Source: Vulcanimicrobiota bacterium
Lineage (GTDB): Bacteria; Vulcanimicrobiota; Vulcanimicrobiia; Vulcanimicrobiales; Vulcanimicrobiaceae
DNA: 64,000 nucleotides
Assembly: GCA_963812155.1 (NCBI GenBank)
Contig: CAWETW010000003.1
Coordinates: 288,001-352,000 of the forward strand
Direction: 5' to 3'
Positions 49,763 through 59,453 of the stretch are shown here, piece after piece. The first letter of the stretch is position 1; the number at the start of each line of letters is the position of its first letter. The notes beneath the pieces were generated by a model, which saw nothing but the letters and a program-made list of their open reading frames with translations, did not search any database and was not told where the DNA came from. Both the position numbers and the translations under genes were made by a program.

Positions 49763-50482
49763 CTATTTCCCCCGTGCGGCTTCCCGCTCTTCACGATTCG
49801 GAGCGCCGCAGAGAAGTGAGTGAATGACGACCGCTAAGCCCGCTCCTACGAGCGGGCCGGCGGCATAGATCCACACGAGTCCGAACTGTCCGCAGAGAAT
49901 CTGCGGAGCGATCGATCGTGCGGGATTCATCGATGCGCCGCTGATCGGCCCGGCAAAGAAGCCGCATGCCGCGACCGCAAAACCGACGGCCAGCGCGGCC
50001 TCTTTTCCGACGATCGCCTTCTCTTTGGCGGTCGCGAGAATCACGAGCATCACGATTGCGGTGAGCACGACCTCGCAGACCACGGCAACGAGCGGCGGCA
50101 CCGTCGGGCCGGGGTGGCTCGCCCCGAACGCAATCGCCGATCCAAAGTAGGCGCCCAGCAGTCCCGCGGCTGCGAAGCTTCCGGCAAACTGCGCGGACCA
50201 ATAGAGCGGCAGCATGCGCGCCGAGAAGACGCCCCGCAGCGTAAAGCCGAGCGTAATCGCCGGATCGACGTGCGCGCCCGAGATTTCGGAAAACGCATAG
50301 ATGACGACCGCCGTCGCGAAACCGCGCGCCAACCAGCGGGAGACGTAGTCGACCTGATGCGTCGTGTAGTACAGCACGTCGACGCTCATGGCGGCGAGCG
50401 TCACGACGAACGTCCCGAGGAACTCCGCCCCGATCTTTCGAGCAGCGGACGGCTGGTCGCCGTTCTCTCGATTCTTGGGCAA
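49763..50482 (-). CDS. Aquaporin/MIP channel with DPA in place of the first NPA
   Basis: AEFLGTF, ISGAHVDPAIT and SGASMNPARS. Confidence 0.92.
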   Translation of the reverse strand: MPKNRENGDQPSAARKIGAEFLGTFVVTLAAMSVDVLYYTTHQVDYVSRWLARGFATAVVIYAFSEISGAHVDPAITLGFTLRGVFSARMLPLYWSAQFAGSFAAAGLLGAYFGSAIAFGASHPGPTVPPLVAVVCEVVLTAIVMLVILATAKEKAIVGKEAALAVGFAVAACGFFAGPISGASMNPARSIAPQILCGQFGLVWIYAAGPLVGAGLAVVIHSLLCGAPNREEREAARGK

Positions 50483-50495
50483 CGCTCCTAGGCCA

Positions 50496-52037
50496 CTAGT
50501 TGACCGGCGGCTGCCGCACCGCCAGGCGTTCCGTTTCTTCGAGTGCGACGGTGCTCTTATGCCGGCCGTACGAGTAGTAGAAGATGAGGCCGACGACCAT
50601 CCAGATCAAGAACCAGAGCCACACGATCGGGAAGAAGCCCCAGACCAGTGGATTGCCGACCCGCAGATAGTAGATCAACCCGAGCGCCGTAACTGCCGAC
50701 AGCACCGGGATCACGTACGGACCCAGCGGCAACTTGAACCTGCCGACCGTTTCCGGATGCCGCACGCGCAGAATCGGGACGGCGATGGATACGAGAATGA
50801 AGGCGGCGAGGGTGCCCATGTTCGTGAGCGAGCCCACGATGTTGATCGGCGTGAAAGCCGCAATCAAGGCGATGCAGACGCCGAAGAAGGCGGTCGAGAA
50901 AATCGGCGTTCTCCACGTCTTGTGCACGCGCGTGAACGAGGGCGGAATCAGGCCGTCGCGCGACATCGCGAAGAAGACGCGGCTCTGACCGAACATCATC
51001 ACGAGCAAGACCGTCGTAAGACCGGCAATCGCGCCGAGAGAGATGATGACGCCGGCCCAACTCAGCCCCACGTAGTTCATCGCAAAGGCGACCGGAAACG
51101 CGACGTTGAGTTTGTAGAACGGGACCATGCCGTTGAGGATCGCGACGACGATGATGTAGAGGACCGTGCAGACCAGCAGGCTCGCGATGATGCCGAACGG
51201 CAAATCGCGGCCGGGGTTGCGCGCCTCTTCTGCGGTGGTCGAGACCGCATCGAAGCCGATGTACGCAAAGAAGATGAACGCGGCTCCGCCGAGCATGCCT
51301 TGCCAGCCGAAGGGGAAGTAGCCGCCGAACCCAGCCGGACCGCCTGCCGGCAAGTGATAGTTCGCCCCGTCGATGTGACCTATGCCGACGATGATGAAGA
51401 ACAGCACGATCGCGAGTTTGATCGTGACGATGATCCCGTTGACCGCTCCCGACTCGCGCGTTCCGCGGCAGAGCAGCAACGTGATCAAGATGATGATGCC
51501 GGCAGCGGGAAGATTCGCGTAGCCGGAGACTCCGGCTTGACCGGCGAGTCCCCAGTGCGGACCGTTCGCCCATTCCGGCGGAATGCTGAGCCATCCGAAT
51601 CCGGTCGCAAGCGACGCTTGATGCAGGATGTTCACGAAATACCCGGACCAGCCGATGCTGACGGTTGCGGCGCCGAGCGCGTACTCCAGCACCAAATCCC
51701 AGCCGATGATCCACGCCAAGAACTCGCCGAGCGTCGCGTAGGTGTAGGTGTAGGCGCTGCCGGAGATCGGAATTTTGCTGGAAACTTCCGCATAGCAGAG
51801 CGCCGCCAATGCGCTGACCAGTCCCGCGACGACGAACGAAAGCGTGATGGACGGCCCGGCACGCGTCGCCGACGCTACACCGGTCAAGACGAAAATACCG
51901 GTGCCGATAATCGCGCCGATGCCCATCGCCGTCAGCGCCCAGGGGCCGAGCGAGCGCCTCAGCGCGTGTTCGGATTTCTCGTCGCTACCCTCGGCCAAAA
52001 TGCGCGAGAGCGGTTTGACTCGTTGGAACAGCAGCAT
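50496..52037 (-). CDS. APC amino acid permease (CAT family)
   Basis: GIGAIIGTGIFV, ALCYAE, SGSAYTY and FFAYIGFDAV; ATG 52037. Confidence 0.94.
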   Translation of the reverse strand: MLLFQRVKPLSRILAEGSDEKSEHALRRSLGPWALTAMGIGAIIGTGIFVLTGVASATRAGPSITLSFVVAGLVSALAALCYAEVSSKIPISGSAYTYTYATLGEFLAWIIGWDLVLEYALGAATVSIGWSGYFVNILHQASLATGFGWLSIPPEWANGPHWGLAGQAGVSGYANLPAAGIIILITLLLCRGTRESGAVNGIIVTIKLAIVLFFIIVGIGHIDGANYHLPAGGPAGFGGYFPFGWQGMLGGAAFIFFAYIGFDAVSTTAEEARNPGRDLPFGIIASLLVCTVLYIIVVAILNGMVPFYKLNVAFPVAFAMNYVGLSWAGVIISLGAIAGLTTVLLVMMFGQSRVFFAMSRDGLIPPSFTRVHKTWRTPIFSTAFFGVCIALIAAFTPINIVGSLTNMGTLAAFILVSIAVPILRVRHPETVGRFKLPLGPYVIPVLSAVTALGLIYYLRVGNPLVWGFFPIVWLWFLIWMVVGLIFYYSYGRHKSTVALEETERLAVRQPPVN

Positions 52038-52120
52038 CGCTCCGGAATACACCCTTCGCGTCCGACTCCCTGGTCGGTCGTCCCAGGCGGGGGCCTGCGT
52101 CCGGCGAATTCGCTGACGCG

Positions 52121-53476
52121 ATGAGCGAGTACGACGTAATGGTCGCCGGCGGCGGCAACGCCGGCTGCGCGGCTGCAATCGCGGCCGCTCGCCACGGCGC
52201 GCGCACGCTGCTCGTCGAGCGCTACGGGTTTCTCGGGGGCACGGCGACGGCTTCGATGGTCGGACCGTGGATGACGTTTCACTCCGGTGAGGATCGCATC
52301 GTCGGCGGCATCGCCCAAGAGATCGTGGAGCGGCTGATGCGTTCGGGCGCGTCTCCCGGACATCTGCGCGATTCGTCCGACTACGTCGCGACGATCACGC
52401 CGTTCGATCCCGAGGCGCACAAAGCGCTGCTGTTCGAAATGATGCGCGAGGCCGGCGTCGCGTTGCTGCTGCACGCCTACGCGCTCGATGCGCAGGTCGA
52501 AGACGATACGGTGCGCGGCGCCTCCTTCGCGACGGTCGGCGGCGTGCGGCCGTATCGCGCGACGGTCACGATCGACGCGACCGCCGATGCTTTCGTTGCG
52601 GCTTCGGCCGGCGTGCCGACGCAGCAGGGCGACGAGCGCGGACGCGTGCAGCCCGCCAGTTTGATGTTTCGCTTGAGCCACGTGAATCTCGACGCACTCG
52701 CCGGCTACGTGCGCGCGCATCCCGATCAAATGCGCACGTCGCTGCCGCCGGAAGAACGAACGGCATCCGCATTGACGGCGGTGGCGGGGTTGCGCGATCT
52801 GTGGGAGGGCGCGCGCCGCGACGGCATCGTGAACGTGCCGCGCGAACTCGTGTCGTTTTTTATTTCGCCGTACCCTGACGAAGTCACCGTCAACATGACG
52901 CGCGTCGTCGAGATCGATCCGCTCGATCCCGACGATCTCACGCGCGCCGAAGTCGAGGCCCGGCTGCAGGTGATGCAGTTGCTCGAGTTCTTTCGCCGCC
53001 GCGTTCCGGGATTCGAGCACGCGCGGTTGGCGGCGACCGGAACGCAAATCGGCATTCGCGAGTCGCGGCGCATCGTCGGCCGCTACACGCTGACCGCGGC
53101 GGACGTGCTCGAGGCGCGGCATTTCGACGATGCGGTCGCGCGCAGCGCGTACCCGATCGACATTCACAATCCGTCCGGTTCGGGCACGACGACGAAACGA
53201 TTGGCCCCCGGCAGCGCGTACGAGATTCCGTACCGCTGTTTGCTGCCGGTCAACCGCGAGCAGTTGCTCGTTGCCGGACGCTGCATCTCGACGACGCACG
53301 AAGCGCTGGCGTCGACACGATTGACGCCGACCGTGATGACGCTGGGTCAGGCTGCCGGAACCGCGGCGGCGCTGGCCTGCGAACGGCACGTCCGCGCCGG
53401 CGACGTGGATGCGAGCGAACTGCGCGCGCGGCTCGTCGCCGACGGCGTTGACTTACGGCGCGAGGCGACGCGATGA
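52121..53476 (+). CDS. FAD-dependent oxidoreductase (FAD_oxidored family)
   Basis: VAGGGNAG, ERYGFLGG, IDATAD, GIRESRRI and YEIPYRCL...LLVAGRCIS. Confidence 0.92.
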   Translation: MSEYDVMVAGGGNAGCAAAIAAARHGARTLLVERYGFLGGTATASMVGPWMTFHSGEDRIVGGIAQEIVERLMRSGASPGHLRDSSDYVATITPFDPEAHKALLFEMMREAGVALLLHAYALDAQVEDDTVRGASFATVGGVRPYRATVTIDATADAFVAASAGVPTQQGDERGRVQPASLMFRLSHVNLDALAGYVRAHPDQMRTSLPPEERTASALTAVAGLRDLWEGARRDGIVNVPRELVSFFISPYPDEVTVNMTRVVEIDPLDPDDLTRAEVEARLQVMQLLEFFRRRVPGFEHARLAATGTQIGIRESRRIVGRYTLTAADVLEARHFDDAVARSAYPIDIHNPSGSGTTTKRLAPGSAYEIPYRCLLPVNREQLLVAGRCISTTHEALASTRLTPTVMTLGQAAGTAAALACERHVRAGDVDASELRARLVADGVDLRREATR

Positions 53477-53778
53477 ACGCCGCGTTGCGGCTGGCGCGCG
53501 CGTACGGCGTCGCGGTCTCGTTCGCCGATTTAGGCGATTGGGGTACGGCCGAGCTTCGCTCCGAGTACGACCCGCGCGGGCCGTCCATCCGCATCAACCA
53601 ACGCGTCGCGGGCCGGTTATCGGGAACGGCATTGCGTGAGTTCGTCGCGCTCGCGGTCGCGCACGAACTCTACCATCATCGCGAGTACATCGGAGAGATT
53701 CTCACGGTTGCAGATCCGGCGCGGCGCGAAGACGAAGCCGGGCGCTACGCTGCGCACCTGTTGCGAGCGTCGCGATGA
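53473..53778 (+). CDS. Small HEXXH zinc metalloprotease-like protein (ImmA/IrrE-like fold)
   Basis: IRIN...AVAHELYHH...EDEAGRYAAHLL; ATGA overlaps on both sides. Confidence 0.7.
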   Translation: MNAALRLARAYGVAVSFADLGDWGTAELRSEYDPRGPSIRINQRVAGRLSGTALREFVALAVAHELYHHREYIGEILTVADPARREDEAGRYAAHLLRASR

Positions 53779-54689
53779 GCGCGTACGTCGCCGGAATCGA
53801 CGGCGGTCAGACTTCGACCGAAGCCGTCATCGGAGACGAGCACGGACGCATCGTCGGACGCGGCAGCGCCGGTCCGGCCGACGAGTTGGGCGTGGGGCCG
53901 GAGTCGAACCGGTTGCGCGACGCGCTCTCGGCCGCGCTGGACGCAGCGCGCCGCGATGCGGGGTTGCCCGAAGCGACGCGCTATCGTGCAATCGTCGCCG
54001 GCGTTAGCGGATACGCGGGAGAGGTTCGCGGCAACGCGCCCGCATTGCCGGCCGAGCGCCTCACGCTGTTGCACGATGCACCCGTCGCGCATGCCGGCGC
54101 GCTCGCCGGCGAACCCGGAATCGTCGTCATCGCGGGCACCGGTTCGTTCGTCTACGGGTCGGCGCCCGGCGTTACGTGGAGCGCGGGCGGCTGGGGCTAC
54201 CTCTTCGGCGACGAGGGCAGTGCGTTCTGGACGGCACGTGAAGCGCTGTCCGAACTCATGCGCCGGGAAGACGAGGGCTTGCGAGCCGATCGGGAAGCGC
54301 TCGCCGCCTGCGACTTCTTCGGCCTTCCTTCTTTACGCGAGGTGGCGCGCGCGGCATATGCGGGCGAGATCGGTCGCCCGGAGATAGCGGCGTTCGCACC
54401 GGTTGCGATGCGATGGGAGCGGTTCGCAGCCATTGGGATGCGCGGCGCGGAGCGCCTCGCGACGCTCGTTGCGGCCGCGGCTGAGGCTGGGGTGCCAGCA
54501 ACGGTCGCCTGCATCGGAGGCATGTTCGGCGACGACGGATTCGCGCGCCGTTTTACCGAGCGTGTCGTTGAAGCGATTCCGAGCGCGCGTGTCGTCCCGC
54601 CGCGCTACGATCCGAGCGCCGGCGCGTTGCTGATCGCCTATCGCGAGGCCGGCCTCGGGCCGTTCGATGCGATCGCGGTACGCTCGTGA
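53775..54689 (+). CDS. BadF/BadG-type N-acetylhexosamine kinase
   Basis: GIDGGQTST, VVIAGTGS and GGWGYLFGDEGSA. Confidence 0.9.
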   Translation: MSAYVAGIDGGQTSTEAVIGDEHGRIVGRGSAGPADELGVGPESNRLRDALSAALDAARRDAGLPEATRYRAIVAGVSGYAGEVRGNAPALPAERLTLLHDAPVAHAGALAGEPGIVVIAGTGSFVYGSAPGVTWSAGGWGYLFGDEGSAFWTAREALSELMRREDEGLRADREALAACDFFGLPSLREVARAAYAGEIGRPEIAAFAPVAMRWERFAAIGMRGAERLATLVAAAAEAGVPATVACIGGMFGDDGFARRFTERVVEAIPSARVVPPRYDPSAGALLIAYREAGLGPFDAIAVRS

Positions 54690-55369
54690 GCGTGCTCGAC
54701 GCCTTACGCGGCGGCTTGATCGTGTCGGTGCAAGCCTGGAAGGGTTCGGCACTCGACGATCCACTCGTCATCGCGGCGCTCGCGCGCGCCGCGCAGGACG
54801 GCGGCGCCGTCGCGGTTCGCGTCGCCGGAGAGGCGCATCTGCGCGCGGTCCGCAAGCGGGTCGAAATTCCGATCGTCGGCCTTATCAAGCGCGAATATCC
54901 GGGCTTCGAGCCGTACATCACGCCGGCGTGCGAAGAAGTCGCCGCGATCGTCGCAGCCGGCGCCGAGATCGTGGCGTTCGATGCGACCGCGCGGCCGCGA
55001 CCGGCGGGTGCGACCATTGCCGCAATCGTCGACGCGATCGCCGCGGCAGGGTGCGTGCCGATGGCCGATTGCGCGACGGCCGCCGACGCGCGACGCGCCG
55101 CCGCACTCGGATCGCCGATTGTCGCGACGACGCTGTGCGGCTACACACCGGAAACGGCCGGTCAGCAGCTGCCGGCGCTATCACTGGTGCGCGAGTTGGC
55201 GTCGCTTGATGCTTTCGTCGTATGCGAGGGCGGCGTAACGGAACCGGCGCACGTACGCGCGGCGCTCGACGCGGGTGCCGACGCAGTCGTGGTCGGAACG
55301 GCGATAACTAATGTAGACTGGCTAGTACGGCGGTTTGCAGGTTCTGCGGACACCGTGCGAAACCGCTAA
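54686..55369 (+). CDS. nanE: N-acetylmannosamine-6-phosphate 2-epimerase
   Basis: GLIVSVQA, PIVGLIKR, YITP, TTLCGYT, EGG and VVVGTAIT. Confidence 0.92.
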   Translation: MSVLDALRGGLIVSVQAWKGSALDDPLVIAALARAAQDGGAVAVRVAGEAHLRAVRKRVEIPIVGLIKREYPGFEPYITPACEEVAAIVAAGAEIVAFDATARPRPAGATIAAIVDAIAAAGCVPMADCATAADARRAAALGSPIVATTLCGYTPETAGQQLPALSLVRELASLDAFVVCEGGVTEPAHVRAALDAGADAVVVGTAITNVDWLVRRFAGSADTVRNR

Positions 55370-55405
55370 CCCGACACTAGCCCCGGACGATGGAGAGTAC
55401 GTTCA

Positions 55406-56497
55406 TTGGTTGAGAATGGAGCGCAGCCCGTGCGCCTCGGCCGCGGATTCTGGCTGGTTACGGCGCTGCTGGCCGCGCTCGGCGCCGCCGGGATCGTCTT
55501 CTGGTACGTGTTTCCGCTCGAACGCTACCTGCCCGCGGCGATCGTCACCGCGCGCCAGGTCGATACCCTGTTCAAGTTCATGGCGGCGACGGGGACGGCG
55601 CTCTACATCTTCGTCTTGGGGTATCTCGTCTATTTCGCACTGGCGTTTCGGGTGCGTGCGAGCGACCCGCCGGATGCCATCGGCGTCCAAATTCACGACA
55701 ATCCAAAGCTCGAGTTTTGGTGGGCGATCATCCCGGTGCTGTTCGTCATTCTGCTCTCGGTCGTTTCGGTGCGAATCTGGTACGAGATCATGCTCGAGCC
55801 CGAAAACGGCATCGTCGTGCAGGCGATCGGACACCAGTTCGATTTCACGTTCCGCTACCCGCAGATCAACGGTGAAATCTCCGACGAGATGCATCTGCCG
55901 GTCAACGTGCCGGTGACGCTCAACCTGACGTCGTCCGACGTGATTCACTCGTTCTGGGTTCCGGCGATGCGTCTCAAGAACGACACCGTGCCCGGACTCG
56001 TGACGTCGATCCGCTTCACGCCGCGCCTGACCGGGCGGTATCAGATCATCTGCACGCAGTTCTGCGGCGTGCTGCATAGCCAAATGAACAAGCAAGTGCT
56101 TGTGGTCGAAGACAAAGGCACGTTCAACACCTGGTATCGCGCCATGCAGCTCAAGAACGCGCACGTCAGCAACGTGCTGCCGGCGGCGGGCGGTGCGATC
56201 TCGCTGGCGGGCGGCTCGGCGCCGGCCGGTCAAACGCTCTTCGCGCAAAAGTGCTCGGCTTGCCACGCAGTCGGTCCGTTCGATCAGCGCATCGTCGGCC
56301 CGGGACTCAAGGGCGTGCTGCACGACCCGGCGCATCCGAACCTCGTCAACGGCGAGCCGGCCACGCCTGGCAACGTCGCGAAAATTCTGCAAACCGGGTA
56401 TACCGGCAGCATCGGCACCATGCCCAACGCCACCACCAACGGATTGTCGAGTCAAGACATCGCCAATCTCGTCGCCTATCTGGAGACTTTGAAGTAA
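55406..56497 (+). CDS. ctaC: Cytochrome c oxidase subunit II with fused cytochrome c (caa3 type)
   Basis: DVIHSFW, CuA motif CTQFCGVLHSQM, and CSACH...MP heme c; TTG start. Confidence 0.95.
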   Translation: MVENGAQPVRLGRGFWLVTALLAALGAAGIVFWYVFPLERYLPAAIVTARQVDTLFKFMAATGTALYIFVLGYLVYFALAFRVRASDPPDAIGVQIHDNPKLEFWWAIIPVLFVILLSVVSVRIWYEIMLEPENGIVVQAIGHQFDFTFRYPQINGEISDEMHLPVNVPVTLNLTSSDVIHSFWVPAMRLKNDTVPGLVTSIRFTPRLTGRYQIICTQFCGVLHSQMNKQVLVVEDKGTFNTWYRAMQLKNAHVSNVLPAAGGAISLAGGSAPAGQTLFAQKCSACHAVGPFDQRIVGPGLKGVLHDPAHPNLVNGEPATPGNVAKILQTGYTGSIGTMPNATTNGLSSQDIANLVAYLETLK

Positions 56498-56523
56498 GCG
56501 GCCAACGTGGCCGAGAGGAATAC

Positions 56524-58206
56524 ATGTCGACCCAAGCAGCGCAACTGACCCACGGCGGAGGCATCGCCGACCACATCCATCCCGAACCGCAAGGATTCGT
56601 CCGCCGGTACGTCTTTTCAATCGACCACAAGATCATCGGCATTCAGTATCTGATCACCGCGTGGGTGTTCTTCATTCTCGCGGGACTGCTGGCGGAAGTG
56701 ATCCGCACGCAGCTGCTCAATGCCAACGGCGGTTTCGTCTCCCCCGAAACGTACAACGAAGTCTACAGCGTTCACGGCAGCACGATGGTGTGGCTGGTCG
56801 TGATCCCGATGCTCACCGGCGGATTCGGCAATCTCATCTTTCCGCTGCAGATCGGCGCGCGCGACGTCGCCTTCCCGTGGTTGAACATGTTGAGCTTCTG
56901 GATCTTTCCGGTGGCTGGTTTGATGCTGTTCTCATCGTTCCTGATGGGCGCGCCGACGGCCGGCTGGACGGAATATCCGCCGGTCTCGTTACAAGGCGCC
57001 GCCGGGACGTCGATGTGGGCGGCCGCAATCTTCCTGGTCGGCGTCAGTTCGACGCTGACCGGCATCAACTTCGTCGTCACGTTGCTCAAGATGCGCGCGC
57101 CGGGCATGACGTTCACGCGCATGCCGCTCTTTTGCTGGGGCCAGTTCGCGACCGCGCCGCTGCTGATGATCGCCACCACCGCGCTCGCCGCCGCCCTCGC
57201 GGCGCTGTTCATGGAGCGCGTCTTCGGCGTGCCGTTCTACGACCCGACCAAAGGCGGAAGCCCGGTGCTGTGGCAGCACATGTTCTGGTTCTACTCGCAT
57301 CCGGCCGTCTACATCATGATCTTGCCGGCGTTCGGCATCGTCTCCGAGGTGCTGCCCACCTTTTCGCGCAAGCCGATCTTCGGCTACAAGTTGATTGCCT
57401 TTTCGTCGGCGGCGATCGCGCTGGCCGGCTTCATGGTCTGGGCGCACCACATGTTCACGTCGGGCCTCGCACCGTACTTGCAGCTGCCCTTCATGATTAT
57501 CACGTTTGTCATCGGCGTTCCGACCGGCATCAAAATCTTCTCGTGGACTGCGACCCTGTGGGGCGGAAAGATTCACCTGACGACGGCGATGCTGTTCTCC
57601 ATCGGCTTCATCGCGCTGTTCACGTGCGGAGGCATCACCGGAATCTTCTTGGCCGCGGTGCCCTACGACCTCGACGTGCACGGCACGTACTTCGTCGTCG
57701 CGCACTTCCACTACGTGCTCGTGGGCGGCAGTTTAATGGGCATCTTTTCGGGGATGTACTACTGGTTCCCGAAGATGTCGGGACGGTTGCTCAACGAGAC
57801 GTTCGGCAAGATCCACTTCTGGTTGTTCTTCGTCGGATTCAACGGAACGTTCTTGCCGATGCATTGGCTGGGCGTGGAAGGCATGCCGCGCTGGGTTGCG
57901 ACCTACGATCCGCAGTTCGAGTTTTGGAACCGGTTCGCGTCGGTCTCTTCGTACGTGATGGGCATTGCGATCCTCGTGTTCTTCGCCAACGTGCTGTGGA
58001 GCATTCGCAACGGCAAGAAATCCGGACCGAATCCCTGGGGCGGAAGGACGCTCGAATGGATGATCCCCTCGCCGCCGCACTACTACAACTTCAAGCACAT
58101 TCCGACCGTCTACGGGCTGCCGTACGATTTCTCGCATCCGCTTCCATATAAAGGGTTGGAAGACGAACTGACCGACACGCCGCCGGTCACGGCGGGAGCC
58201 CACTGA
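56524..58206 (+). CDS. ctaD: Cytochrome c oxidase subunit I, A2 type
   Basis: DHKIIG, WFYSHPAVY, VWAHHM, VAHFHY and GMPR; ATG 56524. Confidence 0.97.
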   Translation: MSTQAAQLTHGGGIADHIHPEPQGFVRRYVFSIDHKIIGIQYLITAWVFFILAGLLAEVIRTQLLNANGGFVSPETYNEVYSVHGSTMVWLVVIPMLTGGFGNLIFPLQIGARDVAFPWLNMLSFWIFPVAGLMLFSSFLMGAPTAGWTEYPPVSLQGAAGTSMWAAAIFLVGVSSTLTGINFVVTLLKMRAPGMTFTRMPLFCWGQFATAPLLMIATTALAAALAALFMERVFGVPFYDPTKGGSPVLWQHMFWFYSHPAVYIMILPAFGIVSEVLPTFSRKPIFGYKLIAFSSAAIALAGFMVWAHHMFTSGLAPYLQLPFMIITFVIGVPTGIKIFSWTATLWGGKIHLTTAMLFSIGFIALFTCGGITGIFLAAVPYDLDVHGTYFVVAHFHYVLVGGSLMGIFSGMYYWFPKMSGRLLNETFGKIHFWLFFVGFNGTFLPMHWLGVEGMPRWVATYDPQFEFWNRFASVSSYVMGIAILVFFANVLWSIRNGKKSGPNPWGGRTLEWMIPSPPHYYNFKHIPTVYGLPYDFSHPLPYKGLEDELTDTPPVTAGAH

Positions 58207-58826
58207 TGGCGGTGGCATCGGTCACGCGCGCCGGTGTGGGAGAGCCTCCCGTCGATCAGCTCTACGCAGAAACGCGCGAGCTGAGGCTGCAAGGCTTCCT
58301 GCTCTTCCTGATTAGCGACTGCGTGCTGTTCTCGTCGTTCATCTTCGCTTATCTCTACCTGCGCAACAGCGGTCAAGGGTGGCCGCCGCCCGGCATCAAG
58401 CATCTCGACGTCGCCTTCGCGGCGTGGAACTCGGTGCTGCTCTTCGGTTCGGGCGCGACGATGCACTACGCCCTCGAGAATTGGAAGCACGGCAACTTCA
58501 TCAAGTATATGTGGATGCTGATCTTCACGATTATCCTGGGCGCCGGGTTCCTCGGGGGCCAGGCCTACGAATACACCCACTTAATATTCGGCGAACACGT
58601 GAGCTGGTGGGGCAGCGGCATCTTCGGCGCATCGTTCTTCACGCTGACCGGCATGCACGGATTCCACGTTTTCGTCGGCGTCTGTTATCTCACCGTGCTG
58701 CTGATGCAGTCGGCCGCCGGCGTCTACACGGGAGAGAAGTACTTCGGCATTACCGCGGGCACGCTCTACTGGCATTTCGTCGACGTCATCTGGGTCGTGC
58801 TCTTCTCGATTTTCTATCTGATATGA
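58206..58826 (+). CDS. ctaE: Cytochrome c oxidase subunit III
   Basis: FLISDCVLF, LTGMHGFHV and YWHFVDVIW. Confidence 0.95.
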   Translation: MAVASVTRAGVGEPPVDQLYAETRELRLQGFLLFLISDCVLFSSFIFAYLYLRNSGQGWPPPGIKHLDVAFAAWNSVLLFGSGATMHYALENWKHGNFIKYMWMLIFTIILGAGFLGGQAYEYTHLIFGEHVSWWGSGIFGASFFTLTGMHGFHVFVGVCYLTVLLMQSAAGVYTGEKYFGITAGTLYWHFVDVIWVVLFSIFYLI

Positions 58827-58838
58827 GGAATCGTCCGC

Positions 58839-59051
58839 ATGCACGTTGATCCCGTCATTCTCGAACGTACCGGCGCCATCGCCGGAGGCATCGTCGTTGG
58901 AATCGTCGCGATCTACGCGCTGTACAAAGACTGGACGACTCCCGGTGTCGAAAACCACGTTTTCAAACTCATGCTGCTGCTGCTCGGCATCGGTGCCATC
59001 CTCGCCATTTTGGCGGGCGCGGGCGTGCTCGGCAACTTCCCAACGGCATAA
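58839..59051 (+). CDS. 70-aa two-TM protein in the oxidase operon
   Basis: RBS GAGG; two hydrophobic segments. Confidence 0.7.
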   Translation: MHVDPVILERTGAIAGGIVVGIVAIYALYKDWTTPGVENHVFKLMLLLLGIGAILAILAGAGVLGNFPTA

Positions 59052-59069
59052 AACTACGGAGCGCGTGCG

Positions 59070-59273
59070 ATGATCGTCCCAGATGAAGAATATCTCGATT
59101 TCAGCAGGGTTCCGCAGAGCCGCGGCGTTCCGCGCCCGCTCACCTATGCCATCGTCATCGGCTTGTTGATGATTTTCGCCATCGGCGGGGCGACCTGTCT
59201 ATTGTCGGGCTACGGCCACGAGTGGCCCGCGACGCACTCGATGCGCGTGGACCTCGGCACTCTACACGAGTAA
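59070..59273 (+). CDS. 67-aa single-TM protein in the oxidase operon
   Basis: RBS GGAG; one hydrophobic segment. Confidence 0.65.
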   Translation: MIVPDEEYLDFSRVPQSRGVPRPLTYAIVIGLLMIFAIGGATCLLSGYGHEWPATHSMRVDLGTLHE

Positions 59274-59280
59274 TTCTTTT

Positions 59281-59453
59281 CGCGACTACGAGCCTTCTAA
59301 GCAAGGAACGCGCCGCCCTCGGGACGTTCGCGTTTTCGCATCCATGACGAAAACGCTTCTCGCTGGCTCCGCGCTCCCGGGCATCCAGCCCTCCGCGCCT
59401 CGTCCAGACGCCCTCGGGCCAGCGCGTTCCTTGCTCGAAGGCTCTTAGTCGCG
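59281..59453. mobile_element. MITE-like palindromic element (about 173 bp) with 32-33-bp terminal inverted repeats
   Basis: CGCGACTACGAGCCTTCTAAGCAAGGAACGCGC (59281-59313) matches the reverse complement of 59422-59453, CGCGACTAAGAGCCTTCGAGCAAGGAACGCGC. Internal hairpins have ATCCA loops. Confidence 0.6.

Noticed and set aside
53473..53778. ImmA/IrrE protease as a marker of a prophage, ICE or toxin-antitoxin system
   Set aside because: No XRE repressor, integrase or toxin is adjacent; the gene is embedded in a metabolic operon.
56051..56086. CuA motif CTQFC lacks the usual Glu
   Set aside because: That residue binds CuA through its backbone carbonyl, and Gln occurs in functional oxidases.
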